The notes under the pieces are model-generated. The model searched no databases, was not told the DNA's origin, and saw only the letters and a list, made by a program, of their open reading frames with translations. Both the position numbers and the translations under genes were made by a program. From a virus (taxonomy: Duplodnaviria > Caudoviricetes), in IMG/VR virus record IMGVR_UViG_3300032312_001225, positions 1,187-65,186 of that record: 64,000 bases of DNA. One strand, written 5' to 3'. Below, piece after piece: positions 9,245 through 18,322 of this stretch; position 1 is the first letter of the stretch; each line of letters begins with the position of its first letter.

Positions 9245-9856
9245 ATGCTGACTTTTCTAGACCCCATACTCTTTCCGGACCAGTGTCAGATCCTTGAAGT
9301 AGGACCTGATCGCTATGTCTATCCTATTTTTAAAAATGGTAGCAGTAGTTTACTTGCCGCCAATCCACGAGCACTCAACTACTTTGAAATGCGGGAGTTG
9401 CGTACAGTTGAAGTATTTTTACGTGAACCTTTTGAACGTTATATCAGCGGAGTGCAAACATACTTACGGCAAAATACACATCTTGATCGTGCAACAGCAT
9501 TGACCATGATTGATGAGTATTTGTTTTTAAATAGTCATTTCAGTTTACAGTTTCATTGGATTGTCAATCTACAGAAGTTCACCGACGCTTGGATGTATTT
9601 TAGGCCCATCGAAGAATTACACACAGCCACAGAACACACGTGGAATGTGCTGGCCCGAGACGAAGTGTTAGTCGATTACTTTGGCAATAATCAAAAACTA
9701 AAATACTACCTACAATTAGATAAAATACTCTACGAAGATTTTATGGGCAAAACTGTGCCACTCAAACAGATCATTAGATTTATTCGAGACAATCATAATA
9801 CCTTGTACAATGAAGTTATTGATCGGAGCATTCAGATATGCAATGCCCTAGGCTAG
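9245..9856 (+). CDS. sulfotransferase family 2-like protein
   Basis: 5'-PSB-like PIFKNGSSS and 3'-PB-like FLREPFERYISG; HFSLQ. Confidence 0.6.
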   Translation: MLTFLDPILFPDQCQILEVGPDRYVYPIFKNGSSSLLAANPRALNYFEMRELRTVEVFLREPFERYISGVQTYLRQNTHLDRATALTMIDEYLFLNSHFSLQFHWIVNLQKFTDAWMYFRPIEELHTATEHTWNVLARDEVLVDYFGNNQKLKYYLQLDKILYEDFMGKTVPLKQIIRFIRDNHNTLYNEVIDRSIQICNALG

Positions 9857-10722
9857 ACCACTTTGTTCGCTTTAATCCCAACGGCACAGTGAGTCGTTGT
9901 GGTCACATGGTCAATGCTCCGCAGTATAAGTCTTTGGAACAAATGGAAGCCAGCTCTTGGCTAGCCAACACAAAAGCATTGTTTAGATTTGACACATGGC
10001 CCAAAGAATGTGTGCGGTGTCAAGAAGTTGAACAACAAAGCCCCAGCAGCATAAGAATACATGCTATTGCCGTAGACGCATTAGAGACACAAAGAGATTA
10101 TTTACAGGTGGGCGGAGTGCTAGACAATGTATGTAATGCCGCTTGTCAAACTTGTAGCCCTGAATGTAGCACAAGAATTGGTGCGTTAACCAGTAAAACT
10201 TTCCCTGTAGTAGATAATAGTAATCGCTTTTGGTCATTGCCACAGGACCGTATAAGACATTTAGATATCAACGGCGGTGAGCCCAGTTACAGTAAAAATT
10301 ATAAAAGATTATTAGCCAACTTGCCTCCAAACCTACGTACACTCAGACTCAATACCAATTGTAACGTGGTACTAGAAGAACTAACAGAGATTGCCAATCG
10401 TGGCATAGAAGTCACAGTTACAGTAAGTTGTGATGGCATTGGTGATGTACATGAATTTGTACGTTGGCCTATCAAGTGGGAAACATTTTATCAAAACTTA
10501 ATGCGATATAAAACCATGCCTGTTCGTTTAAATCTATGGACCACTGTTAGTGTGTTGAACTTGCACGACTTACCTAACATACAGAAGTTTGCTGAGGAAC
10601 ACAGAATCGACCATGGTTATGCTTATCTAAAAGAGCCCAAAGAGTTAGATGTCAATAACAAGAATCAAGAACAAGTACAAGCATATATACAACAACAAAA
10701 GCAATTGAGAGGCATTGAATGA
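9838..10722 (+). CDS. radical SAM protein with N-terminal Cys cluster
   Basis: CNAACQTC; INGGEP; N-terminal CP...RCGH...CVRC. Confidence 0.85.
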   Translation: MQCPRLDHFVRFNPNGTVSRCGHMVNAPQYKSLEQMEASSWLANTKALFRFDTWPKECVRCQEVEQQSPSSIRIHAIAVDALETQRDYLQVGGVLDNVCNAACQTCSPECSTRIGALTSKTFPVVDNSNRFWSLPQDRIRHLDINGGEPSYSKNYKRLLANLPPNLRTLRLNTNCNVVLEELTEIANRGIEVTVTVSCDGIGDVHEFVRWPIKWETFYQNLMRYKTMPVRLNLWTTVSVLNLHDLPNIQKFAEEHRIDHGYAYLKEPKELDVNNKNQEQVQAYIQQQKQLRGIE

Positions 10723-11258
10723 AAATAGCAATTACCGGACACAGCAAAGGCATAGGTCGGGCACTGGCAGATATCTATGAATCTCGCGGCCATGAAATTA
10801 TTGGACTGAGTCGATCAAACGGCTACAATATAAAAAGCATACCAAAGTGTGCCGATACCATTGAGCCCTGCGACATGTTCGTTAACAATGCACAAGCAGG
10901 TTTTGCACAGACAGAATTGCTGTTTGAAATGTTTCGTCGTTGGAAAGATCAAGACAAGACCATTATAAGCATTGGCAGTCAAATTACCAATTATCCTTGC
11001 ACCACTATAGAAGGATTAGAGGAGTACTGGCTACAAAAAAGTACGTTGGATCAAGCACATGTTCAGTTGCGTTACTTGAACCCGTTCCCTAGATTGATCA
11101 TGGTTAAGCCGGGTGACATTGCCACACAACCAGAAAAAACTTCGCCACCTTCGGCGCCTACTGTGCCTTGGGCTATGACCTTGGTCAATATGCTGGAACA
11201 AGCAGACCCTGTGTTAACTGTTGCAGATATTAGCTTAGGACCCAGGTATGACTCCTAA
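10719..11258 (+). CDS. short-chain dehydrogenase/reductase (compact)
   Basis: IAITGHSKGIG, VNNA, YWLQK (YxxxK). Confidence 0.8.
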   Translation: MKIAITGHSKGIGRALADIYESRGHEIIGLSRSNGYNIKSIPKCADTIEPCDMFVNNAQAGFAQTELLFEMFRRWKDQDKTIISIGSQITNYPCTTIEGLEEYWLQKSTLDQAHVQLRYLNPFPRLIMVKPGDIATQPEKTSPPSAPTVPWAMTLVNMLEQADPVLTVADISLGPRYDS

Positions 11259-12402
11259 AGAGGTCTTGACCAATTCTACCTTTTGTCCTATACCCTGGAC
11301 AGGACTTATGTACAACGGATTTGACGGTACAGTTAAAAATTGTATTCGTAGCGCCGGTACCATTGGCAACATTAATGAAACTCCGATAGAACGAGTAGTA
11401 CATGGTAATACCAACGTACTGATACAAAATAAAATTGTATCAGATGTTGCGGTACCTTCGTGCCGCACATGCTATGATCTAGAGCACGGTAAAAAAGGAT
11501 TTGACATTATCAGCGATCGTAAGTTTTATATACGAGAGTTAAAAAATGTCAGCTTGGATACATATCGTGCTGGAAACTTTGATTTAAAAACCATTGATGT
11601 ACGTTGGACCAACTTGTGTAACTTTGCTTGTGTATATTGTAATCCAGAGTTTAGCAGCCGTTGGGCAGATGAATTGGATATCAAACAACAAACACCAACA
11701 GAACAACAACGTGCCAATTTTAAACAATATATATTTGACCGTGCTGATCAACTTGAGCATGTTTATCTAGCTGGCGGAGAACCCTTGCTGATGAAGGAAA
11801 ATTTGGAGTTGTTGGATTTACTAGATCCTAACGTAAACTTACGCATTAACACAAATCTAAGTAAAGTAGATACCCGAGTATTTGAACGAGTATGTAAATT
11901 TAAAAATGTACACTGGACCGTGAGTGTAGAAACCATTGAAGATGAGTTTGAGTACATCCGACACGGTGGCCGTTGGCAAGATTTCCAGGACAATCTAACA
12001 TATATACAAGCACTCGGTCATAAAATCACGTTTAATATGTTACACTTTTTATTAAACTACCAATCCATATTTGGCTGTGTGGATTTCCTAAAGGCACAAG
12101 GATTTCATAATAACGCATTTGTAATTGGTGCTTTACTGGAGCCTGAATACCTAAATATTAGACATTTGCCGGACTCTGTGTTACAATCAGTTAAGAGTAT
12201 TTTGGAACAACGAATCAATGATAATCCTGGCTACTTGCTCGAAGACGGATATTGCAACATGTTACATTATATTGAGCAACCATTCAAAAAAGATTTTTTA
12301 GGTTCAATGAATGAGATACATACATTGGATCAAAGACGTAAAGTAGACAGCAGTAAAATATTTAAAGATTTATATAACATCAAGGAAAACTATCATGGCT
12401 AA
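11248..12402 (+). CDS. radical SAM protein with N-terminal SPASM/Twitch-like Cys cluster
   Basis: FCPIPW...NC...CRTC; CNFACVYC; YLAGGEP. Confidence 0.88.
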   Translation: MTPKEVLTNSTFCPIPWTGLMYNGFDGTVKNCIRSAGTIGNINETPIERVVHGNTNVLIQNKIVSDVAVPSCRTCYDLEHGKKGFDIISDRKFYIRELKNVSLDTYRAGNFDLKTIDVRWTNLCNFACVYCNPEFSSRWADELDIKQQTPTEQQRANFKQYIFDRADQLEHVYLAGGEPLLMKENLELLDLLDPNVNLRINTNLSKVDTRVFERVCKFKNVHWTVSVETIEDEFEYIRHGGRWQDFQDNLTYIQALGHKITFNMLHFLLNYQSIFGCVDFLKAQGFHNNAFVIGALLEPEYLNIRHLPDSVLQSVKSILEQRINDNPGYLLEDGYCNMLHYIEQPFKKDFLGSMNEIHTLDQRRKVDSSKIFKDLYNIKENYHG

Positions 12403-13519
12403 ACCATTCGACGTAAGCAAATTTCGCAAAAGCATTACCAAAAGTATTGACGGTATCAGTGTCGGCTTTACAGATCCCACAGACTGGATCAGCACAAACA
12501 ACTATGCTCTCAACTATCTAATCAGTGGAGACTTTAACAAGGGTGTTCCGCTAGGCAAAGTCACTGTGTTTGCTGGAGAGTCTGGCGCAGGTAAAAGTTT
12601 TATTTGTTCGGGTAACCTAGTTGCCAATGCACAAAAGCAAGGCATCTATGTTATCCTAGTAGACAGTGAAAACGCACTTGACGAAAAATGGTTACACGCA
12701 CTCAATGTAGATACCAGTGAGGACAAGCTTCTCAAACTCAACATGGCCATGATCGACGATGTGGGCAAGATGATTTCGGAGTTTGTTAAAGAATACAAAA
12801 CATTACCAGAGTTAGAAAGACCCAAAGTGTTGTTTGTAGTAGATTCGTTAGGTATGCTACTTACCCCAACGGATGTAAATCAATTCGAAGCAGGGGACAT
12901 GAAAGGTGACATGGGTCGTAAGCCCAAGGCACTGGCCGCCCTGGTACGTAATTGCGTAAACATGTTTGGTAGCTTGAATATTGGCCTAGTAACTACAGCA
13001 CACACATACGCTAGTCAAGATATGTTTGATCCAGACGACAAGATTAGCGGTGGACAGGGCTTTATCTACGCAAGTTCAATTGTTGTGGCAATGCGTAAGT
13101 TGAAGTTGAAAGAAGATGAGGATGGCAACAAGATTTCAGAAGTAAAAGGTATCCGTGCCGCCTGCAAAATTATGAAAACACGTTATGCTAAACCGTTTGA
13201 ATCAGTACAGGTTAAAATCCCTTATGAAGAAGGTATGAATCCTTACTCGGGCTTAGTTGACCTGTTCGAAGGCAAGGATCTACTTAAAAAAGAAGGCAAC
13301 AGTTTGGTATACACATTGGCCACAGGTGAAATCATCAAGAAGTTCCGCAAGGCATGGGAACGCAATGAGGACGGAGCACTTGACAAGGTCATGGTAGATT
13401 TTGTTGCTAACCCACACCAGAAGTCAGTGGACATCGAAGAACTTGAAGCAGCAGTAGAAGTTGTTGTTAATGAAGACAAATCAAAGAAGTCTAAAAAAGA
13501 GGTTGATGTCGCAGAGTAA
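12395..13519 (+). CDS. uvsX: RecA-like recombinase UvsX
   Basis: GESGAGKS Walker A, VDSENALD, GDMKGDMGRKPKAL, SGGQGFIYASS, KTRYAKPF. Confidence 0.92.
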   Translation: MAKPFDVSKFRKSITKSIDGISVGFTDPTDWISTNNYALNYLISGDFNKGVPLGKVTVFAGESGAGKSFICSGNLVANAQKQGIYVILVDSENALDEKWLHALNVDTSEDKLLKLNMAMIDDVGKMISEFVKEYKTLPELERPKVLFVVDSLGMLLTPTDVNQFEAGDMKGDMGRKPKALAALVRNCVNMFGSLNIGLVTTAHTYASQDMFDPDDKISGGQGFIYASSIVVAMRKLKLKEDEDGNKISEVKGIRAACKIMKTRYAKPFESVQVKIPYEEGMNPYSGLVDLFEGKDLLKKEGNSLVYTLATGEIIKKFRKAWERNEDGALDKVMVDFVANPHQKSVDIEELEAAVEVVVNEDKSKKSKKEVDVAE

Positions 13520-14642
13520 TTACTGCTCGCAAAAATTTTGGTGGTTAACTGTAGAGCCCGAACGAAGAACTATGAATTCGTGCTGTGCTGCTACAGCCAC
13601 CAAGATTGACTTGTCCTGGCTTAGAAATAACCCAGGACAGTTGTTTAACACGCCCGTACTGATACAAGAACGACAAGCAATGTTAAACAACGAACCGGTG
13701 GCAAGTTGCGAAGATACCTGCTGGTCTGCTGAACGTCGTGGATTACCTAGTCGCCGCACTTTGATGAATTCTAGAGAAAGAACACACACGGATATTCATG
13801 CTGGCCCTCAAGTGTTACATATCAACGTTGGAAGCGATTGTAATCTAACCTGTAGTTACTGTTGCAAACAGTACAGTACCGCTTGGTTGCGTGACGTCAA
13901 AGATCACGGAGCATATTTCGATGAACCAAGATATCAAATTACAGCCAACGACAGAATTGTATTACAACTAGGACAACCTGCTATAAAAGCCAGCGATAGT
14001 TACCAAACTATTTTGGCAGAAATAAAAAGATTTAAAACAGTCAAGCAGATAGAAATTACCGGTGGCGAACCATTTTTATACAATGGATTGGCAGAGTTAG
14101 TGACAGGACTAACAGGATCCATTGATATTTTTACAGGCCTGGGAGTTAATACTAAACGCCTGACACAAATATTGCCTCAACTGCCTCGAGAAACCACATT
14201 TACTATCAGTGCAGAAAACACAGATGCACTATACGAGTTTAATAGGTATGGCAACACCTGGGATCAGTTTAGACGTAACTTGGATTTGATCGCAACGCAA
14301 TTTGACTATAGATTTTGTAGTGTGCTGAGTAATTTAACTGTGCATGGATTCGATGATTTTCAGAAAAAGTATTCAACCAGTAAAGATTTGCTAAATCCTT
14401 GTAATGACCCTGCGTATCTAAGTGCCAGTGTGCTAGATCCAGAGTCTAAGGCACAGTTAACTCAAATTGAATATAAATATCATGACCAAGAAATCAAAGA
14501 AACGTTGGCAGTAGAATCAACAGTAGAACAAAAAACAAAGTTGAAACATTATCTAACAGAATTTGCTCGTCGCAGATCAGTGTCGTTAGATATATTTCCA
14601 GAAAATTTTATAAGTTGGATTAACAAAGAGGAAAAAGTATGA
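13506..14642 (+). CDS. radical SAM protein
   Basis: CNLTCSYC; ITGGEP; N-terminal C..NSCC...CEDTCW; likely start 13506 (ORF track 13461). Confidence 0.85.
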   Translation: MSQSNYCSQKFWWLTVEPERRTMNSCCAATATKIDLSWLRNNPGQLFNTPVLIQERQAMLNNEPVASCEDTCWSAERRGLPSRRTLMNSRERTHTDIHAGPQVLHINVGSDCNLTCSYCCKQYSTAWLRDVKDHGAYFDEPRYQITANDRIVLQLGQPAIKASDSYQTILAEIKRFKTVKQIEITGGEPFLYNGLAELVTGLTGSIDIFTGLGVNTKRLTQILPQLPRETTFTISAENTDALYEFNRYGNTWDQFRRNLDLIATQFDYRFCSVLSNLTVHGFDDFQKKYSTSKDLLNPCNDPAYLSASVLDPESKAQLTQIEYKYHDQEIKETLAVESTVEQKTKLKHYLTEFARRRSVSLDIFPENFISWINKEEKV

Positions 14643-14872
14643 CCATTGATGCAGAAGTTCTAAGCGAGCTATACACAATTATGAAACAATATGTTCCTGC
14701 AAAGGATCGTCAAGAGTGTGCTGATAATCTAATGAGTGTCATGGTAGATATGTTAGGAGACCAAGAACTCAAGGAGTTTGGCACAACAGACAGTACCCTA
14801 AAAAAAGCCCTCAAAGAATACACCGCCGATGACGAGCTTGAGGAAGATGACGGAGAAGATTCCGACTGGTAA
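14639..14872 (+). CDS. small acidic hypothetical protein
   Basis: 77-aa ORF coupled to both neighbours. Confidence 0.6.
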   Translation: MTIDAEVLSELYTIMKQYVPAKDRQECADNLMSVMVDMLGDQELKEFGTTDSTLKKALKEYTADDELEEDDGEDSDW

Positions 14873-16119
14873 TGCAACACAAGTATTTTCCAATACAGAC
14901 AGCGACTGCATGCCAACTCAAATGGACTTGGAGCAGTATCTATTTGTACGAAGGAACAACCAACAGTTGCCATAGAGTAGAAAAAAGTCCGTTATCAACC
15001 GGCTCGTTTGATCTTTTCCATAATACTGCTAAAAAATTACAGGATCGGCAAACCATGTTAGCAGGTGCATGGCCCACAGGTGGTTGCGACTACTGTGAAA
15101 AAATAGAACGTGCAGGTGGTAGTAGTGATCGTATGCTACACCTGGCAATACCAGATCTAACACCGCCCGAACTTGAAGTAGACCCCGAAGCTATCCTGGT
15201 AACTCCCAGAATTGTAGAAGTGTATTTTGACAATACCTGTAATCTACGATGTATATATTGCCATGATGGGTTTAGCAGTCGCATCAAACATGAAAATGAT
15301 CAACACGGCAGATTTGAATTGGGTGGTGTTGTAATTGACAATCAATATCGGCCGCATACAGACAAGGCCCTGCTGACCGAGCAGTTATGGTCCTGGCTAG
15401 ACGCCAATTATTTGACTGTACGCAGATTTCATGTGTTGGGTGGAGAACCATTTTATCAAGCACAATTTGACACTTGCTTGGATTTCCTGTATAATCATAG
15501 TAACAAAGATTTGGAATTTAATGTAGTAAGCAACTTGATGATTGATAATAAACGATTACAGGATCATGTAGAACGTATCAAACATCTGGTTGCCGAACGC
15601 AAGATCAAACGTTTTGAAGTGACTGCCAGTATAGATTGTTGGGGTCCAGAACAAGAGTATATTAGATCGGGCTTGGATTTAGAAAAATGGAAAAAGAATT
15701 TTGAATATTTGGTCAATCAACGCTGGATAACTTTGAACATAAACCAAGTGGTCACCGCACTAGCTGTGCCTACCATGCCAGCATTGATCAATTACATAAA
15801 CACATTTAGACCACAAAGAGAAATAGGGCATCATTTGATAACCGCAAACACACCCACTTACATGAATCCAGACATATTTGATGCTGACCTCTTAGATCCG
15901 CACTTTGCTCGAGTGTTAGCGGTCATGCCTGCAGACACTTGGCAACAACAAGAAGCACGTAAGTACATGCAAGGTGTTAGACAACAAATTGCCGCCACTA
16001 AAAAAAATCCTATAGAAATCAACAAATTGCGTACTTATCTTGACGAGATTGATCGTAGACGAAATACCAATTGGCGTGAAACTTTTCCTTGGTTAACCGG
16101 AGTACTTGATGTTTTATAA
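14872..16119 (+). CDS. radical SAM protein
   Basis: CQLKW...SCHR...CDYC; CNLRCIYC; VLGGEP. Confidence 0.88.
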   Translation: MQHKYFPIQTATACQLKWTWSSIYLYEGTTNSCHRVEKSPLSTGSFDLFHNTAKKLQDRQTMLAGAWPTGGCDYCEKIERAGGSSDRMLHLAIPDLTPPELEVDPEAILVTPRIVEVYFDNTCNLRCIYCHDGFSSRIKHENDQHGRFELGGVVIDNQYRPHTDKALLTEQLWSWLDANYLTVRRFHVLGGEPFYQAQFDTCLDFLYNHSNKDLEFNVVSNLMIDNKRLQDHVERIKHLVAERKIKRFEVTASIDCWGPEQEYIRSGLDLEKWKKNFEYLVNQRWITLNINQVVTALAVPTMPALINYINTFRPQREIGHHLITANTPTYMNPDIFDADLLDPHFARVLAVMPADTWQQQEARKYMQGVRQQIAATKKNPIEINKLRTYLDEIDRRRNTNWRETFPWLTGVLDVL

Positions 16120-16561
16120 TCGAATTGTAGCTGACCTAAGCGTTATTCCTGAATTCATCGACTACTACGAAGGAGAAATGACCTCAGCCAAAACAGAAAT
16201 TAAAATACGTGGTCGCGTAGAAAAAGAGTTATCGGACTTGCCTGGCATGACTGAGCACAGATTTAACCAACTGCAAGAGATTGAAGCTGTGCTAGAGTTC
16301 CTTAATATACAATTACGCAAGATTCGTCAACGCCATTATAAAAAATATTTAGAAGCCTATGCCAGAGCATTGACATCAAGAGATGCTGAAAAGTATGCTG
16401 AAGCTGAGGACGAAGTAGTTGACATGGAAACAATTATCAACGAAGTAGCACTACTACGCAATCGCTGGTTGGGGGTTATGAAGGGCATTGAATCAAAGAA
16501 CTTTATGTTGGGTCATGTGGTTCGACTCCGCACAGCAGGAATGGAAGACATTGTGGTATGA
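16106..16561 (+). CDS. uvsY: recombination mediator UvsY-like
   Basis: Helical 151 aa, YLEAYARALTSRDAEKY...KGIESKNFMLGHVVRLRTAG; located downstream of uvsX. Confidence 0.7.
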   Translation: MMFYNRIVADLSVIPEFIDYYEGEMTSAKTEIKIRGRVEKELSDLPGMTEHRFNQLQEIEAVLEFLNIQLRKIRQRHYKKYLEAYARALTSRDAEKYAEAEDEVVDMETIINEVALLRNRWLGVMKGIESKNFMLGHVVRLRTAGMEDIVV

Positions 16562-16812
16562 CGGATTGGCGTCAACGTGCCGACGAGTTGTTACGAGAGT
16601 TTGAGCTGTGTTGTCAGGCCAAGCCTCGACATGATGCTGTGAACATACAATTAGAAAAAGACACAGTGGCAAAGTTTGCATACCATTTAAATACACAGCG
16701 AGGTTGGGGCACAGATCATGAAGTGGCCGAAGCGTGTCATCAGTTTGAATCAAGACTCACTCAATTAAAAGAAAAATTAGTAATGGAAATCCTACAGCAT
16801 GGGTCTATTTAA
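16558..16812 (+). CDS. hypothetical protein
   Basis: 84-aa ORF coupled to neighbours. Confidence 0.55.
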   Translation: MTDWRQRADELLREFELCCQAKPRHDAVNIQLEKDTVAKFAYHLNTQRGWGTDHEVAEACHQFESRLTQLKEKLVMEILQHGSI

Positions 16813-17554
16813 AAATTCGTATTACAGTCACGAACACAGTTTAGAAGTGTTAAACCTGCTGTACGGATACGACAGTTTTCTTGACAGCCTTACCAGCATA
16901 GCAGACATGGGTTGTGGTGCAGGACTGGACGCAGAATGGTGGGCCAGCCTGACAACCAGAGATGAACCTCCTGAGCCTAGAAATTACACAGTCTATGCCA
17001 TAGATCAAGACCTAACCAAGATCGATCCTGACATACTGGCCCGTAACCCAAATTTGATTCCAATTGAAAGAAATTTTGAAGAACGAGTAGTACCTAGACA
17101 GGTAGATCTGATCTGGGCTCACGACAGTTTTCAGTATGCGTTAGATCCGTTTAAATGCTTGCGGATATGGAAAGAAACCTTGCAAAAAGATGGCATGTTA
17201 ATACTGACTGTTCCGCAAGGTACTTATGTCAAAAACAGTAGTTTAGTAGTGGAACAACACAATCATCAATACTACAACTACAACATATTGAATTTGATTT
17301 ACATGCTGGCCATTTCGGGGTTTGATTGTAGAGATGCGTATTTTTATCGTAAACGTGGTACTCCTTGGTTGTACGCTGCGGTGTATGCCAGTGAATACGA
17401 GCCCTTGACACAACAGGCCACCTGGTACGACTTGGCCGAACGTAACCTTGTCAATGACAGCATAATCAACAGCGTAAATCAACATGGATATGCCAGACTA
17501 GAAGATCTGGTAGTGACCTGGTTAGACAAAGACTACTATAAGATAACAGACTAA
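16799..17554 (+). CDS. class I SAM-dependent methyltransferase
   Basis: IADMGCGAG motif I, YAIDQD, DLIWAHDSFQY. Confidence 0.8.
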   Translation: MGLFKNSYYSHEHSLEVLNLLYGYDSFLDSLTSIADMGCGAGLDAEWWASLTTRDEPPEPRNYTVYAIDQDLTKIDPDILARNPNLIPIERNFEERVVPRQVDLIWAHDSFQYALDPFKCLRIWKETLQKDGMLILTVPQGTYVKNSSLVVEQHNHQYYNYNILNLIYMLAISGFDCRDAYFYRKRGTPWLYAAVYASEYEPLTQQATWYDLAERNLVNDSIINSVNQHGYARLEDLVVTWLDKDYYKITD

Positions 17555-18312
17555 TGAAAATTGTAATGGCAACCGGCGGGTTTGATCCTGTACACTCTGG
17601 GCATATTGCCTACTTCAAAGCAGCCCGAGCTCTAGGCGACATGCTGATCGTCGGTCTGAATAGCGACGAATGGCTGGAACGCAAGAAGGGTCGTGCATTT
17701 ATGCCCTGGACAGAGCGCCTGTGTATTATAAATAATCTTGCTGTGGTCGATGAAGTTTATACCTTTGATGATGAAGACGGATCAGCTAGGCATTTTATAC
17801 AACAAGTGCGAGCACACTACCCCACTGCAGAATTGATTTTTGCCAATGGCGGAGACCGCACACAAGAAAACATTCCCGAAATGGATGTGTCAGATTCAAA
17901 TCTTAAATTTGTGTTTGGAGTAGGCGGTAACAACAAGGCCAATAGTAGTAGCTGGATCCTTGAGGAGTGGAAAGCACCCAAGACTCTACGTCCCTGGGGC
18001 TATTACCGCGTGTTACACGAAGTTGCGGGTACCAAAGTTAAAGAACTTACAGTAGAGCCGGGGCAAAGTCTAAGTATGCAACGCCACGCAGACCGTGCTG
18101 AACATTGGTTAGTTACCAGCGGACAAGCCGTAGTAAATTCTGCTATGGAAAATGGATATTCATTACCACCCAAACATCTACATACACACGATACCTACCG
18201 GGTGGGAGTCAGAGAGTGGCATCAGCTGACCAACCCATTTGCAGAGCCTTGCAAACTGGTGGAAATACAGTACGGCACAGCCTGTGTGGAACAAGATATC
18301 GAGCGTAGATAA
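17554..18312 (+). CDS. cytidylyltransferase (TagD/RfaE-like) fused to a mannose-6-phosphate isomerase type II-like cupin
   Basis: GGFDPVHSGH (HxGH), VGLNSD, FANGGDR; then RPWGYY, LSMQRH..RAEHW, VEIQYG..EQDIER. Confidence 0.85.
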   Translation: MKIVMATGGFDPVHSGHIAYFKAARALGDMLIVGLNSDEWLERKKGRAFMPWTERLCIINNLAVVDEVYTFDDEDGSARHFIQQVRAHYPTAELIFANGGDRTQENIPEMDVSDSNLKFVFGVGGNNKANSSSWILEEWKAPKTLRPWGYYRVLHEVAGTKVKELTVEPGQSLSMQRHADRAEHWLVTSGQAVVNSAMENGYSLPPKHLHTHDTYRVGVREWHQLTNPFAEPCKLVEIQYGTACVEQDIERR

Positions 18313-18315
18313 ATA
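18309..18315 (+). promoter_or_regulatory. T4-late-like promoter ATAAATA
   Basis: ATAAATA 7 nt upstream of the ATG at 18323. Confidence 0.55.
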
Positions 18316-18322
18316 CTACACT

